From Nanobdellota archaeon (GTDB lineage: Archaea > Nanobdellota > Nanobdellia > Parvarchaeales > Parvarchaeaceae), in assembly GCA_021807085.1 (NCBI GenBank), contig JAKAPM010000004.1:1-60745 (forward strand): a stretch of 60,745 nt of DNA, read 5' to 3'. Position 1 is the first letter of the stretch. Each line of letters starts with the position of its first letter. The position numbers were made by a program, and so were the translations under genes. This document shows positions 36,859 to 45,603 of the stretch, one piece after another. The notes under the pieces were generated by a model that was given only the letters and a program-made list of their open reading frames with translations, was not told the DNA's origin and did no database searches.

Positions 36859-37149
36859 CTACTTCCTGTCTATGTTTATCTTCTGCTCCTTCTTCGGCTG
36901 TGATACTGATTGGAGGAGCTCCTTCAGTTTCTGATCGTCTATAACCGATTTTATGTGGTTGGAAAGGGCGGACTGGACTATCAGGTTTTCTACTTCTTCC
37001 GCGACCTCGGGCCTGGAATACCTTATGTTGCCGAGCCTCTCCCTCGCCTCCTTTGTCAGAAACTTCGATAGGACCTCTCTTTTCATTATCTCGAGCTGCC
37101 TTCTCTGTTCAGCATTCTGAAAGTTCTGGTCCATAGCCGTATTTACCAC
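36859..37149 (-). CDS. PDCD5/TFAR19-like dsDNA-binding protein
   Basis: 96 aa with ...EQRRQLEIMKREVLSKFLTKEARERLGNIRYSRPEVAEEVENLIVQ.... Its position next to rps19e is the conserved one. Confidence 0.7.
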   Translation of the reverse strand: MVNTAMDQNFQNAEQRRQLEIMKREVLSKFLTKEARERLGNIRYSRPEVAEEVENLIVQSALSNHIKSVIDDQKLKELLQSVSQPKKEQKINIDRK

Positions 37150-37578
37150 TCACTTAGACACGGTCTTTGCGACCCTGTCCACCAGCGATACCCCCTTGTC
37201 AGTTATTCTCCTCCCGTAATAGTTGTCTATCTTCACTTTCTTTATGAGCTCGGCTTTTTCCAGCTGCTGCAGGAGTTTCCTTATTATGGCACCGCCGGCT
37301 GGCTTGAAATGCTTGCCGCTGTACCTGTTCCTCTCGGTGGTCCCGTAGACTTTTCTCAGTCGATTCACCCCGACAGGTCTGTGGTCTGTGTACAGCCTTC
37401 TGAGTATGCTGGCACCTCTCATGTACCACCAGTTTGCCTGCTGGGGAACCCTATCCTTCGAAACGCCGGTCTTTACGAATTCGGACCACATCGGAGGCTG
37501 TAGCAGCTTCTTCTCCTCGAGCTCCCTGGATATCCCCTTGACCAGTTCAATCTGACTTACGTCGTATCCTCTTATCAT
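37150..37578 (-). CDS. rps19e: Ribosomal protein S19e
   Basis: 142 aa with ...WSEFVKTGVSKDRVPQQANWWYMRGASILRRLY...GGAIIRKLLQQLEKA. Confidence 0.88.
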   Translation of the reverse strand: MIRGYDVSQIELVKGISRELEEKKLLQPPMWSEFVKTGVSKDRVPQQANWWYMRGASILRRLYTDHRPVGVNRLRKVYGTTERNRYSGKHFKPAGGAIIRKLLQQLEKAELIKKVKIDNYYGRRITDKGVSLVDRVAKTVSK

Positions 37579-37876
37579 AGCGTGTTTTCCTCACTCTTCC
37601 GCAGTTCATGCACCTGTAGACAAGAAAGCCCCTTTCGAGTCTAACCACTGCGGTCTTGTTCGGTATAAGTATTTTAGTACAATCTTTACATATTAAAACT
37701 TTTTTGTCGTGCCCGAGCCTAGCCCTCTTCGACTTTAATATGCTGTATGCTATCTCCGAATACCTGTCCGACAGCGCCCTGTCTGAATCGTAGAGTGACA
37801 CTGCAGATAAAACCAGCCAGTCGAAGTCCCTCTCAAACCTTTTCGAGTCCTTCTTGTATATCATACACAACGTCAA
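37547..37876 (-). CDS. rnp4: RNase P protein component 4 (Rpp21/Rnp4)
   Basis: 109 aa with a zinc ribbon (CKDCTKILIPNKTAVVRLERGFLVYRCMNCGRVR). Confidence 0.75.
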   Translation of the reverse strand: MTLCMIYKKDSKRFERDFDWLVLSAVSLYDSDRALSDRYSEIAYSILKSKRARLGHDKKVLICKDCTKILIPNKTAVVRLERGFLVYRCMNCGRVRKTRYDKRIRRKSD

Positions 37877-38063
37877 TCTATAGCTGGGATTCTCAAAATA
37901 AATGCATGCGCGAAAAGCGGAATACTTTTATACTATAAAAATATAACGGTGTTATAAAACTGGATTTTCGGGCGAAAGGCGGGAACGCAAGGTGAAAAGA
38001 TTTATAAAGACATTCAATCTGATAATAGTAAGAAACACGAAAGTCGTGTACAAGTAAAAAACC

Positions 38064-38201
38064 ATGGAGGGGAAAATGGCAAAAAAATCGAAAACCGACG
38101 TAGCTGACGACGACGAGATAATCGAAGAGAGTGATGTTGGAATTGACGACGAGGACTTGGAAGAAGACGACTACGATGATGAAGAAGGTGACGATTTCTA
38201 A
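38064..38201 (+). CDS. Possible 45-aa highly acidic protein, below the ORF-track cutoff
   Basis: MEGKMAKKSKTDVADDDEIIEESDVGIDDEDLEEDDYDDEEGDDF*. It lies in a 390-nt gap that is otherwise non-coding, with AT-rich promoter-like sequence upstream. Confidence 0.3.
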   Translation: MEGKMAKKSKTDVADDDEIIEESDVGIDDEDLEEDDYDDEEGDDF

Positions 38202-38270
38202 GTCTAACCGATAGAAATTTGCTTTTTTATTTTTTATAGGTTTCTGCGGGCCAGGTTTTCTCCTACCGCT

Positions 38271-38777
38271 TTACGTTTTCTTGAGCACCAGCACAAGGCT
38301 CTCGTTCACGAACTCTTGGGACACTAATCCCTGGCCTTTCTCCCTCTTTATTATCTTCAGGTACATCCTGTCACCCGACAGCGCACGTACCTCTATCGAG
38401 TTCTCCATCTTGTTTATGTCTATGTCCGATCTATCCATCACGCCGGGAAGCGCTATGGAATGCACCACGGTGTCGCCGTAGTTGGACACTATATCCTCTG
38501 GTTCGAGCACCTTGCTCACGTTGCCCATCCTGCTGGCCGTCTCGCCTTTCTTAGAATAGCGGCTCTTGTTTTTCTGCTGGTTATCGGTTCCGGCGAAATT
38601 GCTGTTCATAACGCCGTTGAGTATCTGCGGCATTATCTGGCCGATCATCTTAGTCACGTCTATGTTTATCCCGCTTATGTTGAGACCTTGCGTATGCAGC
38701 GGCCTGCCGCATTGCGGGCAGAATTTCCATTCTTTCTGCACGGATTCGCCGCAGAACTGACATTTTTTTCTGAACAT
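38271..38777 (-). CDS. Zinc-ribbon protein with a C-terminal Hsp20/alpha-crystallin-like domain
   Basis: The N-terminus has CQFCGESVQKEWKFCPQCG. The C-terminus reads VVHSIALPGVMDRSDIDINKMENSIEVRA...YLKIIK...FVNESLVLVLKK. The ATG at 38777 is preferred over the tracked GTG. Confidence 0.55.
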   Translation of the reverse strand: MFRKKCQFCGESVQKEWKFCPQCGRPLHTQGLNISGINIDVTKMIGQIMPQILNGVMNSNFAGTDNQQKNKSRYSKKGETASRMGNVSKVLEPEDIVSNYGDTVVHSIALPGVMDRSDIDINKMENSIEVRALSGDRMYLKIIKREKGQGLVSQEFVNESLVLVLKKT

Positions 38778-38870
38778 AGTATAACAGCCTATCACCTGTT
38801 ATAACATATAAATATATATAAACCTACCAGATGCGAAAAGGATTAATTATGGAAAAATCAGGTTAATAGT

Positions 38871-39092
38871 ATGCTGAAGTCTCTGTTTGTACTGGGCTTG
38901 ATACTACTGGTAGTCGGGGGCGCCCTCTTCATAGGGGTCAGTTTTCCGTACTCGAGCCAGCTCAAAACGTATCTTTCATCATCACCGGTCAACATGACCT
39001 ACACTACACTAATAGTAGCGGTCGTGGGGCTGATATTGATAGGTGTCAGCTTCAGAGTCTCGAAAATGGGCAAGTATTACAAATTCTATTAG
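38871..39092 (+). CDS. Small two-TM membrane protein
   Basis: 73 aa with two hydrophobic helices. No motif recognised. Confidence 0.4.
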   Translation: MLKSLFVLGLILLVVGGALFIGVSFPYSSQLKTYLSSSPVNMTYTTLIVAVVGLILIGVSFRVSKMGKYYKFY

Positions 39093-39093
39093 T

Positions 39094-39309
39094 ATGGGCT
39101 TCGTAGGGACCGAGATAACCGATGAGGACGCAGAAGCGATACTGACTTCGCTTGTAAGGGCCTATTCCGTCATACCATCCGGCCTGAAAGGATATATCCC
39201 CAGCCTTGAGAGGATACTGGAGGCGATACCGGACGAGGCAAGAAAATACTCCCTCGAGGATATAATAAAACTGCTGGCGTGGGCCGCGAAGAACGAGATA
39301 GTCATCTGA
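39094..39309 (+). CDS. Small hypothetical protein
   Basis: The in-frame ATG at 39094 gives a 71-aa helical protein (MGFVGTEITDEDAEAILTSLV...). The tracked 5' extension overlaps the previous gene. Confidence 0.4.
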   Translation: MGFVGTEITDEDAEAILTSLVRAYSVIPSGLKGYIPSLERILEAIPDEARKYSLEDIIKLLAWAAKNEIVI

Positions 39310-39341
39310 TGCAGCTTGGTGCCGATGGGCATTTCACAGGC

Positions 39342-39737
39342 TCATCTGTACGAAGTCTGTCTTCTCGCCCTTGCCGCGCTCCTGTAGGGCTTCTGCGGCT
39401 CTGTCTGCCTCTTGTCATCCACGAGCAGCGTCCTGTCGTATTCGAGGAACGGTTTCTTCAGCGACTTTTCCTTCTTTACGAGCGCTTTAGCTATCGCCGC
39501 GCGCACTGCCTGCGCCCTGGAGGTGTTTCCGCCCCCAATCACCGTAACCGCCACGTCGTATTTCCTGTACATGCCGTTGGACAGTTCCAACGGCTCAGAA
39601 ACCAGGAGCCTGAAAATCGCGTCGCTGTACGCGGAGATATCCTTGTTGTTTATCGATATCCTGCCATTCCCATCTGATGCTATAGCGCTGGCTATCGCAG
39701 TCTTCCTCTTTGCTATCACGACGTTGTTCTTCTTCAT
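39342..39737 (-). CDS. rps9: Ribosomal protein S9 (uS9)
   Basis: 131 aa with ...VTVIGGGNTSRAQAVRAAIAKAL...DDKRQTEPQKPYRSAARARRQTSYR. Confidence 0.9.
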   Translation of the reverse strand: MKKNNVVIAKRKTAIASAIASDGNGRISINNKDISAYSDAIFRLLVSEPLELSNGMYRKYDVAVTVIGGGNTSRAQAVRAAIAKALVKKEKSLKKPFLEYDRTLLVDDKRQTEPQKPYRSAARARRQTSYR

Positions 39738-40144
39738 ATTCTCTGCTTGAGCACGTTGGCCAGTTCTCCCACGGTTATCTTGTGGACGGGCCTGTCTGTG
39801 CGGACCTTGGCAATATCTACGAGCTCCCTGTTCTTATATTCTTCGGGCAGCCCTTCGTACACCCTTATCCTCCTGAAGGCGTCCATGCCGTGCGCCCTCT
39901 TCCTCCTTACCATTCCCCTTATAGTCCTCTTGATTATACCGGTGACTGTTCTGGGGAAGAAAGGCCCTTTTGACATAGTTCCTATCCTTCTGAGTTCGCT
40001 GTACTTGTGGACTATGGCGTTCTTGTCGCCGACTATGACTATTCCGTCAGCGTTGACTATCACGACGTCTTCCCCTTCAAGGGCCGCCTTCGCTGCGTAG
40101 GTGGCGAGCCTGCCAAGAACCGAATCCTTCCCGTTAAATATCAT
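39734..40144 (-). CDS. rpl13: Ribosomal protein L13 (uL13)
   Basis: 136 aa with ...GKDSVLGRLATYAAK...IIKRTIRGMVRRKRAHG.... It overlaps rps9 by 4 nt. Confidence 0.88.
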   Translation of the reverse strand: MIFNGKDSVLGRLATYAAKAALEGEDVVIVNADGIVIVGDKNAIVHKYSELRRIGTMSKGPFFPRTVTGIIKRTIRGMVRRKRAHGMDAFRRIRVYEGLPEEYKNRELVDIAKVRTDRPVHKITVGELANVLKQRI

Positions 40145-40212
40145 ATATGGTATTTATTAAAGATTCGTTCAAATTTAAATCTATCTAACAATTAGCGGTG
40201 TTGAAAGGCGGT

Positions 40213-40677
40213 ATGAAAGAGGATACGGAGAAACTCGTGGAATCGCTCAAAATGGCGAACGTGGGCATCAGCGTGCTCGAACTGCCTGAGCCAGCCGCGA
40301 GATCGTCAGACGCAGCCAGACTTGTCGGTTGTGACATACACCAGATAGCCAAATCGATAGTGTTCATGGCAGAGGACGGTTCTGCCGTACTCGTGGTTGC
40401 GAACGGTGGGGACAGGATAAATGAGGAAGCGGTCGGCAGACTGGTCGGCGGGAAGGTAAGAAAGGCCGAACCTTCGTTCGTCGAGGAAACTACTGGTTTT
40501 GAGATAGGGGGCGTGCCACCGCTAAGGACGGCGAAGATTGGGAGGGTTATTTTCGACAGAAAGCTCTTGAGCTATGGGAGGATTTGGGCGGCTTGCGGAG
40601 ATCCGTCCATCGTCTTCTCTACAGACCCGAGAAAACTCGTGGATTATGACGCTGCGGAAATCGCGACGGTGTCCTGA
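40213..40677 (+). CDS. YbaK/ProX-type aminoacyl-tRNA deacylase domain protein
   Basis: ...IAKSIVFMAEDGSAVLVVANGGDRINEEAV...TGFEIGGVPPL...IWAACGDPSIVF. The ATG at 40213 is preferred over the tracked GTG at 40198. Confidence 0.65.
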   Translation: MKEDTEKLVESLKMANVGISVLELPEPAARSSDAARLVGCDIHQIAKSIVFMAEDGSAVLVVANGGDRINEEAVGRLVGGKVRKAEPSFVEETTGFEIGGVPPLRTAKIGRVIFDRKLLSYGRIWAACGDPSIVFSTDPRKLVDYDAAEIATVS

Positions 40678-40680
40678 GGG

Positions 40681-41112
40681 TTATTTGGGCCTGCTTCTGA
40701 CAAGGCCGACAAGGAATATCGCCGCCACTGCGACCAGCACCGTTATCTCGACGAGAGTGTTGTAGACGCTGTAGTATTTGATAAGACTGTATGTCTCGCC
40801 GGTGCTTATCAGGAAGTTGGCTTCGTCTATTATCAGTCCGGTGCCGAAACCGAACAGCATGGCCATCAAGTTCATGCCTTTGTAGTGGCGGGACAGGCTC
40901 TTGTAGAACGGGAAGAATATGAGGCCGCTTACCAGCACTATCACTATCCCTATGAAGAAATGGTGTATCACTATACCACCTATCTTGTAGTTCAGGTTCC
41001 CTCCCAACGCGACGTAGGAACGAGCCACTAGCACCGCCAGGACGATACCTACGAATATGAAGAACGTCGGATTACGCAATACGGCTCTGGCGAGCAGGCT
41101 GTCGTCTTTCAT
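40681..41112 (-). CDS. Four-TM membrane protein, unknown function
   Basis: 143 aa and hydrophobic throughout. Confidence 0.45.
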   Translation of the reverse strand: MKDDSLLARAVLRNPTFFIFVGIVLAVLVARSYVALGGNLNYKIGGIVIHHFFIGIVIVLVSGLIFFPFYKSLSRHYKGMNLMAMLFGFGTGLIIDEANFLISTGETYSLIKYYSVYNTLVEITVLVAVAAIFLVGLVRSRPK

Positions 41113-41154
41113 ACCAACCTATTTATTGGGCATTCTTTTTATATTAATAAAAAC

Positions 41155-41226
41155 GGGCCGGTGGTCTAATGGCATGACACCGCTTTCGCATGGCGGAGGC
41201 TGAGGGTTCGAGCCCCTCCCGGTCCA
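41155..41226 (+). tRNA. tRNA-Ala (anticodon CGC)
   Basis: The cloverleaf was folded by hand. The acceptor is GGGCCGG/CCGGTCC with the G3:U70 Ala identity pair. The anticodon loop is TTCGCAT and the T-loop is GGGTTCGAGCCCC. No encoded CCA. Confidence 0.85.
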
Positions 41227-41232
41227 GTGTGT

Positions 41233-42249
41233 CTAATCCTCCAGGTACACTCTTCTGTGGTTCTCCTTGGACCAGACGAACTTGTTCATGAGGAACAGCG
41301 ATACGGTAGAGACGGTTACTATTGAAAGCAGGGATATGGTGGTGAAAAGCCCCTTCCCCAAGTTGTATGAATACCTGGCTATAACGCTCACGATCGCTAT
41401 GTCTGCCGTCAGGGCCCCGAGCAGGAGGGCATTGAACCTGCCGAGGCGGTAAGCAGAGCTTAGGAAGCCGCGGTTCTTGAAGTTCAGCTTCTCGTTCATC
41501 ATGAAGTTGGACAGCCCGCTTATCTCGCCAGCGACCAGTATCGCCACGGGGTATAGCATCCCAAAACTCAGGCTAACGTATACGGCTATGAGGTTTATTA
41601 TGTAAGCAAGTGAGGAAAAGATACTGTAAAAACCGGAAGACTTGTTGAAGCTCTTTATTATGGATTCGATGCCTTCCCTTATTTTGAATGTGTTCTTGCG
41701 CCCTTCATAGCCGTCCTTTATCAGCTCTGTGGTGGGTATATTGCGGGAATTCAGCAGGTTGACGGACTCCACTAGGAACGCTCTGTTGTTCAGGCGGGTC
41801 TCTTTCAGTATCTCTGCGGCCTCCCTCGTATATATCCTGTTCAGCGAGAAGCCGTTGTAGGCGTTGCCGAAGGAGAGGAGGTTAGAGACTTCTGTAACGA
41901 CCATCTCTTTGAAGCCCCTTTTCCTGGACATTATCAGGTTGCCGCCGTTCACGTACTGGAGGAACCACGTAGCGTTGTCCACAGAATAGCTGTCAAAAGT
42001 CGCTATCTTCTCGGCGCCGAGATTTATCGCAGCCGAGAGCCCCAGCCTCATAGTGTCGCCGATGTTCGGGCTGTGCGAGAACTGGACGAGCCTGAGGTGG
42101 CCGTACTCCGTCTCGGGATAGCTGGAATCCACTATAATTATAGCGGTATCCGTCAGCGAACTGTCAAGCTTTTCGAGAAAGGCAGCCTTTTCCTCGTCTT
42201 TTACCGCATTGAAGTTGAAAATTAGGAATGCAAGTCTCGGACCTGTCAT
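41233..42249 (-). CDS. Membrane protein with a glycosyltransferase-like N-terminal domain and a GtrA-like 4-TM C-terminal domain
   Basis: 338 aa. The N-terminal alpha/beta region carries IIIVDSSYPE. The C-terminal 4 TM ends in ...LFLMNKFVWS, typical of GtrA-like proteins. The call is weak. Confidence 0.35.
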   Translation of the reverse strand: MTGPRLAFLIFNFNAVKDEEKAAFLEKLDSSLTDTAIIIVDSSYPETEYGHLRLVQFSHSPNIGDTMRLGLSAAINLGAEKIATFDSYSVDNATWFLQYVNGGNLIMSRKRGFKEMVVTEVSNLLSFGNAYNGFSLNRIYTREAAEILKETRLNNRAFLVESVNLLNSRNIPTTELIKDGYEGRKNTFKIREGIESIIKSFNKSSGFYSIFSSLAYIINLIAVYVSLSFGMLYPVAILVAGEISGLSNFMMNEKLNFKNRGFLSSAYRLGRFNALLLGALTADIAIVSVIARYSYNLGKGLFTTISLLSIVTVSTVSLFLMNKFVWSKENHRRVYLED

Positions 42250-42325
42250 TACCTATTAATGCTATTCATGAGTATTTAAATTTACATTTTACCTTGAAAA
42301 GGTAACTAGAATTTTGCGGCGAGCA

Positions 42326-42718
42326 CTATTTGACGGATTTTATGACTTTCTGCCCCATCATGTCAGAATATACCACCTGGGCACCCTCAGAGAGCTTGTC
42401 TCTGAGCTCTTCCGGCACAGTAGTCTCGAACACATCGTATGATTCCAGGTCCATTAGCTGCACGGTGTCGCCGGTGACGCTTATGACCTGGGCGTTCTTC
42501 TTCTCTATTATCGGTATCTTGGCCCTGTCGTCGGCGGACATCACGAACACCCTCTTCTTACCGTCGAGTATCCCAACGGCCTCCACCCTCGCCTTCGCGT
42601 GGCCGTGCTTGCCGGGAGCACTGAGGGTGATTTCGGTTATCTTGCAAAGGAACTGGTCCTCGACGAGTATGGAGTCGCCTTTCCTGAGTTCGTTTATTCC
42701 CGCGACTTTGAATTCCAT
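42326..42718 (-). CDS. eif5a: Translation initiation factor 5A
   Basis: 130 aa with the hypusine loop SAPGKHGHAKARVEAVG. Confidence 0.9.
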   Translation of the reverse strand: MEFKVAGINELRKGDSILVEDQFLCKITEITLSAPGKHGHAKARVEAVGILDGKKRVFVMSADDRAKIPIIEKKNAQVISVTGDTVQLMDLESYDVFETTVPEELRDKLSEGAQVVYSDMMGQKVIKSVK

Positions 42719-42876
42719 GATTTAGTTTAATCTTGGATATATAAATATGTTTGGCTTTTCGCTGAGTTTCCGCTGCGGAACTGCCATGGAAAACTAATTA
42801 AACGGCGGTGCCTAATGTGTAGTGTTGGTTCCGGAGTTCGCACGGGCCACAAACCATCAATACGAATGTAGGCAGA

Positions 42877-44136
42877 ATGGAAAACAAAGATGATCTCTCT
42901 GCGGAAGCACTCAAGATATCCAGGAGATACGGCGGGAAGATAGAACTCAAGCCCACGGTTGAAATAAAGTCGCTGAAGGATTTCTCCTACGTGTACACTC
43001 CCGGGGTCGCCGCAGTGTCGTCCGCCATAGGGGAAGACGCGTCCGCTTCGTGGGACCTCACGTGGAGATGGAACACCGTTTTCATAGTTACGAACGGCAC
43101 GAGGGTCCTTGGGCTGGGAGATGTAGGCCCCCTGGCGTCGCTGCCGGTCATGGAGGGAAAATCCCTCATATACAAGGAACTGGGGGGCGTAAACGCTGTG
43201 CCCATCCCTATAGAAGCCAGGGAAATCGACGAATTCGTCGACGTGGTGAAGAATATATCGGTAACTGCCGGAGGCATACACCTTGAGGATATAGAGTCCC
43301 CGTTCTGCTTCGAAGTTCTTGAGAGGCTTCAGGATGAACTAAAGGTGCCTGTGTGGCACGACGACCAGCAGGGGACGGCTGCGGCGACGCTGGCTGGCCT
43401 GATAAACTCTACCAGACTGGCCGACAAAGACCTGAGGAAGGCAAAGATAGTCATGATAGGCGCGGGCTCTGCAAACATAGCGCTGTTCAGGGTCCTAGAA
43501 AGATACGGGGTAGACGTAGGCAATGTGATAGTCGGCGACAGCAGGGGGCCGCTGCATGGGGGCAGGGACGACGCAGAGATACTGAAGATGGAGAATAGGT
43601 GGAAATACGAGATAATGAAAAAATCTAATAAGGAGAACGTGTCCGACGCTTCGAAATCGTTCGACGGTGCCGACATAGTGGTGGGGTTCAGCCGCGAAGG
43701 CGCCATAAAGCCAGAATGGATAGGTAAAATGGCGGACAAGCCCATAGTATTCGCCAATGCCAATCCCGTGCCGGAGATAACACCGGAAGTCGCGTACAAA
43801 GCGGGGGCGTACATAGTTTCCACCGGCAGGTCAGATTATCCCAACCAAATAAACAACAGCCTAGTGTTCCCCGGTCTTTTTAGAGGGATACTCGATTCCA
43901 GGGCGAAGAAGATAGATGACCTGACGGCTATAGTGGCTGCGGAAGAGCTTGCTCTATTCTCTTCCGAGAAAGGATTGGATAGGGAGCACATAGTGCCGAC
44001 CATGGAGGACAGGGGGGTCTACCTTAGAGTGGCCTCCGCTGTCGCGTATGACGCGGTGAAGAGGGGGCTAGCCGAAATAAAGGGGGACAAGGAGTATTTC
44101 TACGGCAGAGCCAAAGAAATCATAGGGAGAAAGTAG
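42877..44136 (+). CDS. NAD(P)-dependent malic enzyme, short form
   Basis: 419 aa with YTPGVA, VTNGTRVLGLGDVG, EGKSLIYKELGGV, HLEDI, FHDDQQGTAA-like WHDDQQGTAA and GAGSANIA. Confidence 0.85.
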   Translation: MENKDDLSAEALKISRRYGGKIELKPTVEIKSLKDFSYVYTPGVAAVSSAIGEDASASWDLTWRWNTVFIVTNGTRVLGLGDVGPLASLPVMEGKSLIYKELGGVNAVPIPIEAREIDEFVDVVKNISVTAGGIHLEDIESPFCFEVLERLQDELKVPVWHDDQQGTAAATLAGLINSTRLADKDLRKAKIVMIGAGSANIALFRVLERYGVDVGNVIVGDSRGPLHGGRDDAEILKMENRWKYEIMKKSNKENVSDASKSFDGADIVVGFSREGAIKPEWIGKMADKPIVFANANPVPEITPEVAYKAGAYIVSTGRSDYPNQINNSLVFPGLFRGILDSRAKKIDDLTAIVAAEELALFSSEKGLDREHIVPTMEDRGVYLRVASAVAYDAVKRGLAEIKGDKEYFYGRAKEIIGRK

Positions 44137-44203
44137 CCTACTGGGTGCGATAGCGGTGCTCACCTTTCCAGCCTCTCCGAAAGCTGTGATTCTGCTGGAT
44201 GCA

Positions 44204-45388
44204 CTACCTGTACTTGTACCCTATGTTCTCGTACGAAAGCAGTTTGACCGACTGGCTGCTACCGAAAACCTTGCTACCTATTACGTACTCTATTCCGCTC
44301 TCTTCAGCAGACCTGGCTATCTCGTCAGTTATGGTCCCGTCGAGTACTAGCATGAATATATTCTCTATATTCAAGATGGAGGCTTCCACCTCTTTGTACG
44401 GTATCTTACCCATTATCTCGTAGCCCTTGTTTATCAGGAAAGCCCCTCTCGTGCCGACTATTTCGTTAACGAAGCTTATAGCCTTATCCTTGAGCTCCTG
44501 TGGTACCTCTATCGGAGCCTGGGGGTGCCGCGCCTTCTTCTCCGGCGCCTCCCGCCTCGAAGCGGAAGGGTCGTATTCGTCTATCGGCACCTTGAGTCTG
44601 AGGGACTGGTTTATTTCCTTCTTTGAGAGCTCTTCGACTTCCATGCCGCTGGGCGCTTTAGCTACGAAATCCACGTGCCCTTGTTGTAGGAACGAGCTTA
44701 TTATCATATCCCCACCGCGGTCTCCGTCCACGAACAGCGTTATCGTCTTCTTTCTGCTCAGGTCTATGACCGTCTTGGGTATGTTCGTCCCGTTCATTCC
44801 GATGACATTGGCAAATCCATGCCTGAGCATATTCATGACATCCGCTCTGCCTTCTACCACTATCAGTTCCTCTGAATCGGCTATTTCGGGTCCGGCGGGC
44901 AGCTTCTCAGGTCCGAATTCTGAGAACTCCTTCTGTCTTACGTCCTCGTAGAGCTTCTGGAGCAGTTCAGTGGTGTCTACCTGCGAAGTCTTCAGAGCCT
45001 CGTCGAGCAGTTTCTGCGCCTTGTTCATTATGTAATCGCGCTTGGACGCCCTCACATCCTCTATTTTGTCCACGGTCACCGTTGCCTTTGACGGCCCTAT
45101 CCTATCTATCGTCTCTATCGCCGCGCCTATGAGTGCGGTCTCAGCCACGCCGAGGGATGTGGGTATAGTTATCACGCCTGTCGTCCTTCCGCCGGACGAT
45201 GAGCTCTCCACGTTTATCCTGCCTATCTTGCCGTTCTTCTGGGCTTCTCTTAGGTCCAATTCCTCGCCGAGCAGACCTTCTGTCTGCCCGAAAACGGCGC
45301 CTATGACGTCTGGTTTGTCCACTAGACTGTCCGCCGTAAACTTTGCGTGAAGGACGTACTTGAAAGAAGCCGGTCCTATTTTTGCCAT
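44204..45388 (-). CDS. dnaG: Archaeal DnaG-type primase (Toprim)
   Basis: MAKIGPASFKYVLHAKF...DVIGAVFGQTEGLLG..., with Toprim LIVVEGRADV and FVDGDRGG. The ATG at 45388 is preferred over the tracked TTG at 45463. Confidence 0.85.
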   Translation of the reverse strand: MAKIGPASFKYVLHAKFTADSLVDKPDVIGAVFGQTEGLLGEELDLREAQKNGKIGRINVESSSSGGRTTGVITIPTSLGVAETALIGAAIETIDRIGPSKATVTVDKIEDVRASKRDYIMNKAQKLLDEALKTSQVDTTELLQKLYEDVRQKEFSEFGPEKLPAGPEIADSEELIVVEGRADVMNMLRHGFANVIGMNGTNIPKTVIDLSRKKTITLFVDGDRGGDMIISSFLQQGHVDFVAKAPSGMEVEELSKKEINQSLRLKVPIDEYDPSASRREAPEKKARHPQAPIEVPQELKDKAISFVNEIVGTRGAFLINKGYEIMGKIPYKEVEASILNIENIFMLVLDGTITDEIARSAEESGIEYVIGSKVFGSSQSVKLLSYENIGYKYR

Positions 45389-45552
45389 GTTCAACACCTC
45401 CAAATTTAAAAAGACCTTCGCCAGGTCTAGTTGTAATCGTAAACCGAAAGACCAAACGGCCAATCCGGCTGTACACCAAACTATATTACTTTTCTATTCT
45501 ATTATTATCTAACCTTCCCACTATATATAGTTGTCTAATAAGGATTTTTCTT

Positions 45553-45592
45553 GATGATACCGGAGCGTAGGATATTAATATCCGGTGTCATC
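45553..45592. promoter_or_regulatory. Palindromic AT-rich element at the predicted TATA position of the 45604 gene
   Basis: A perfect 14-nt palindrome ggatattaatatcc lies at 45570-45583. It is nested in the imperfect inverted repeat gatgataccgg...ccggtgtcatc. Confidence 0.3.
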
Positions 45593-45603
45593 ATAAAGTT
45601 TTT

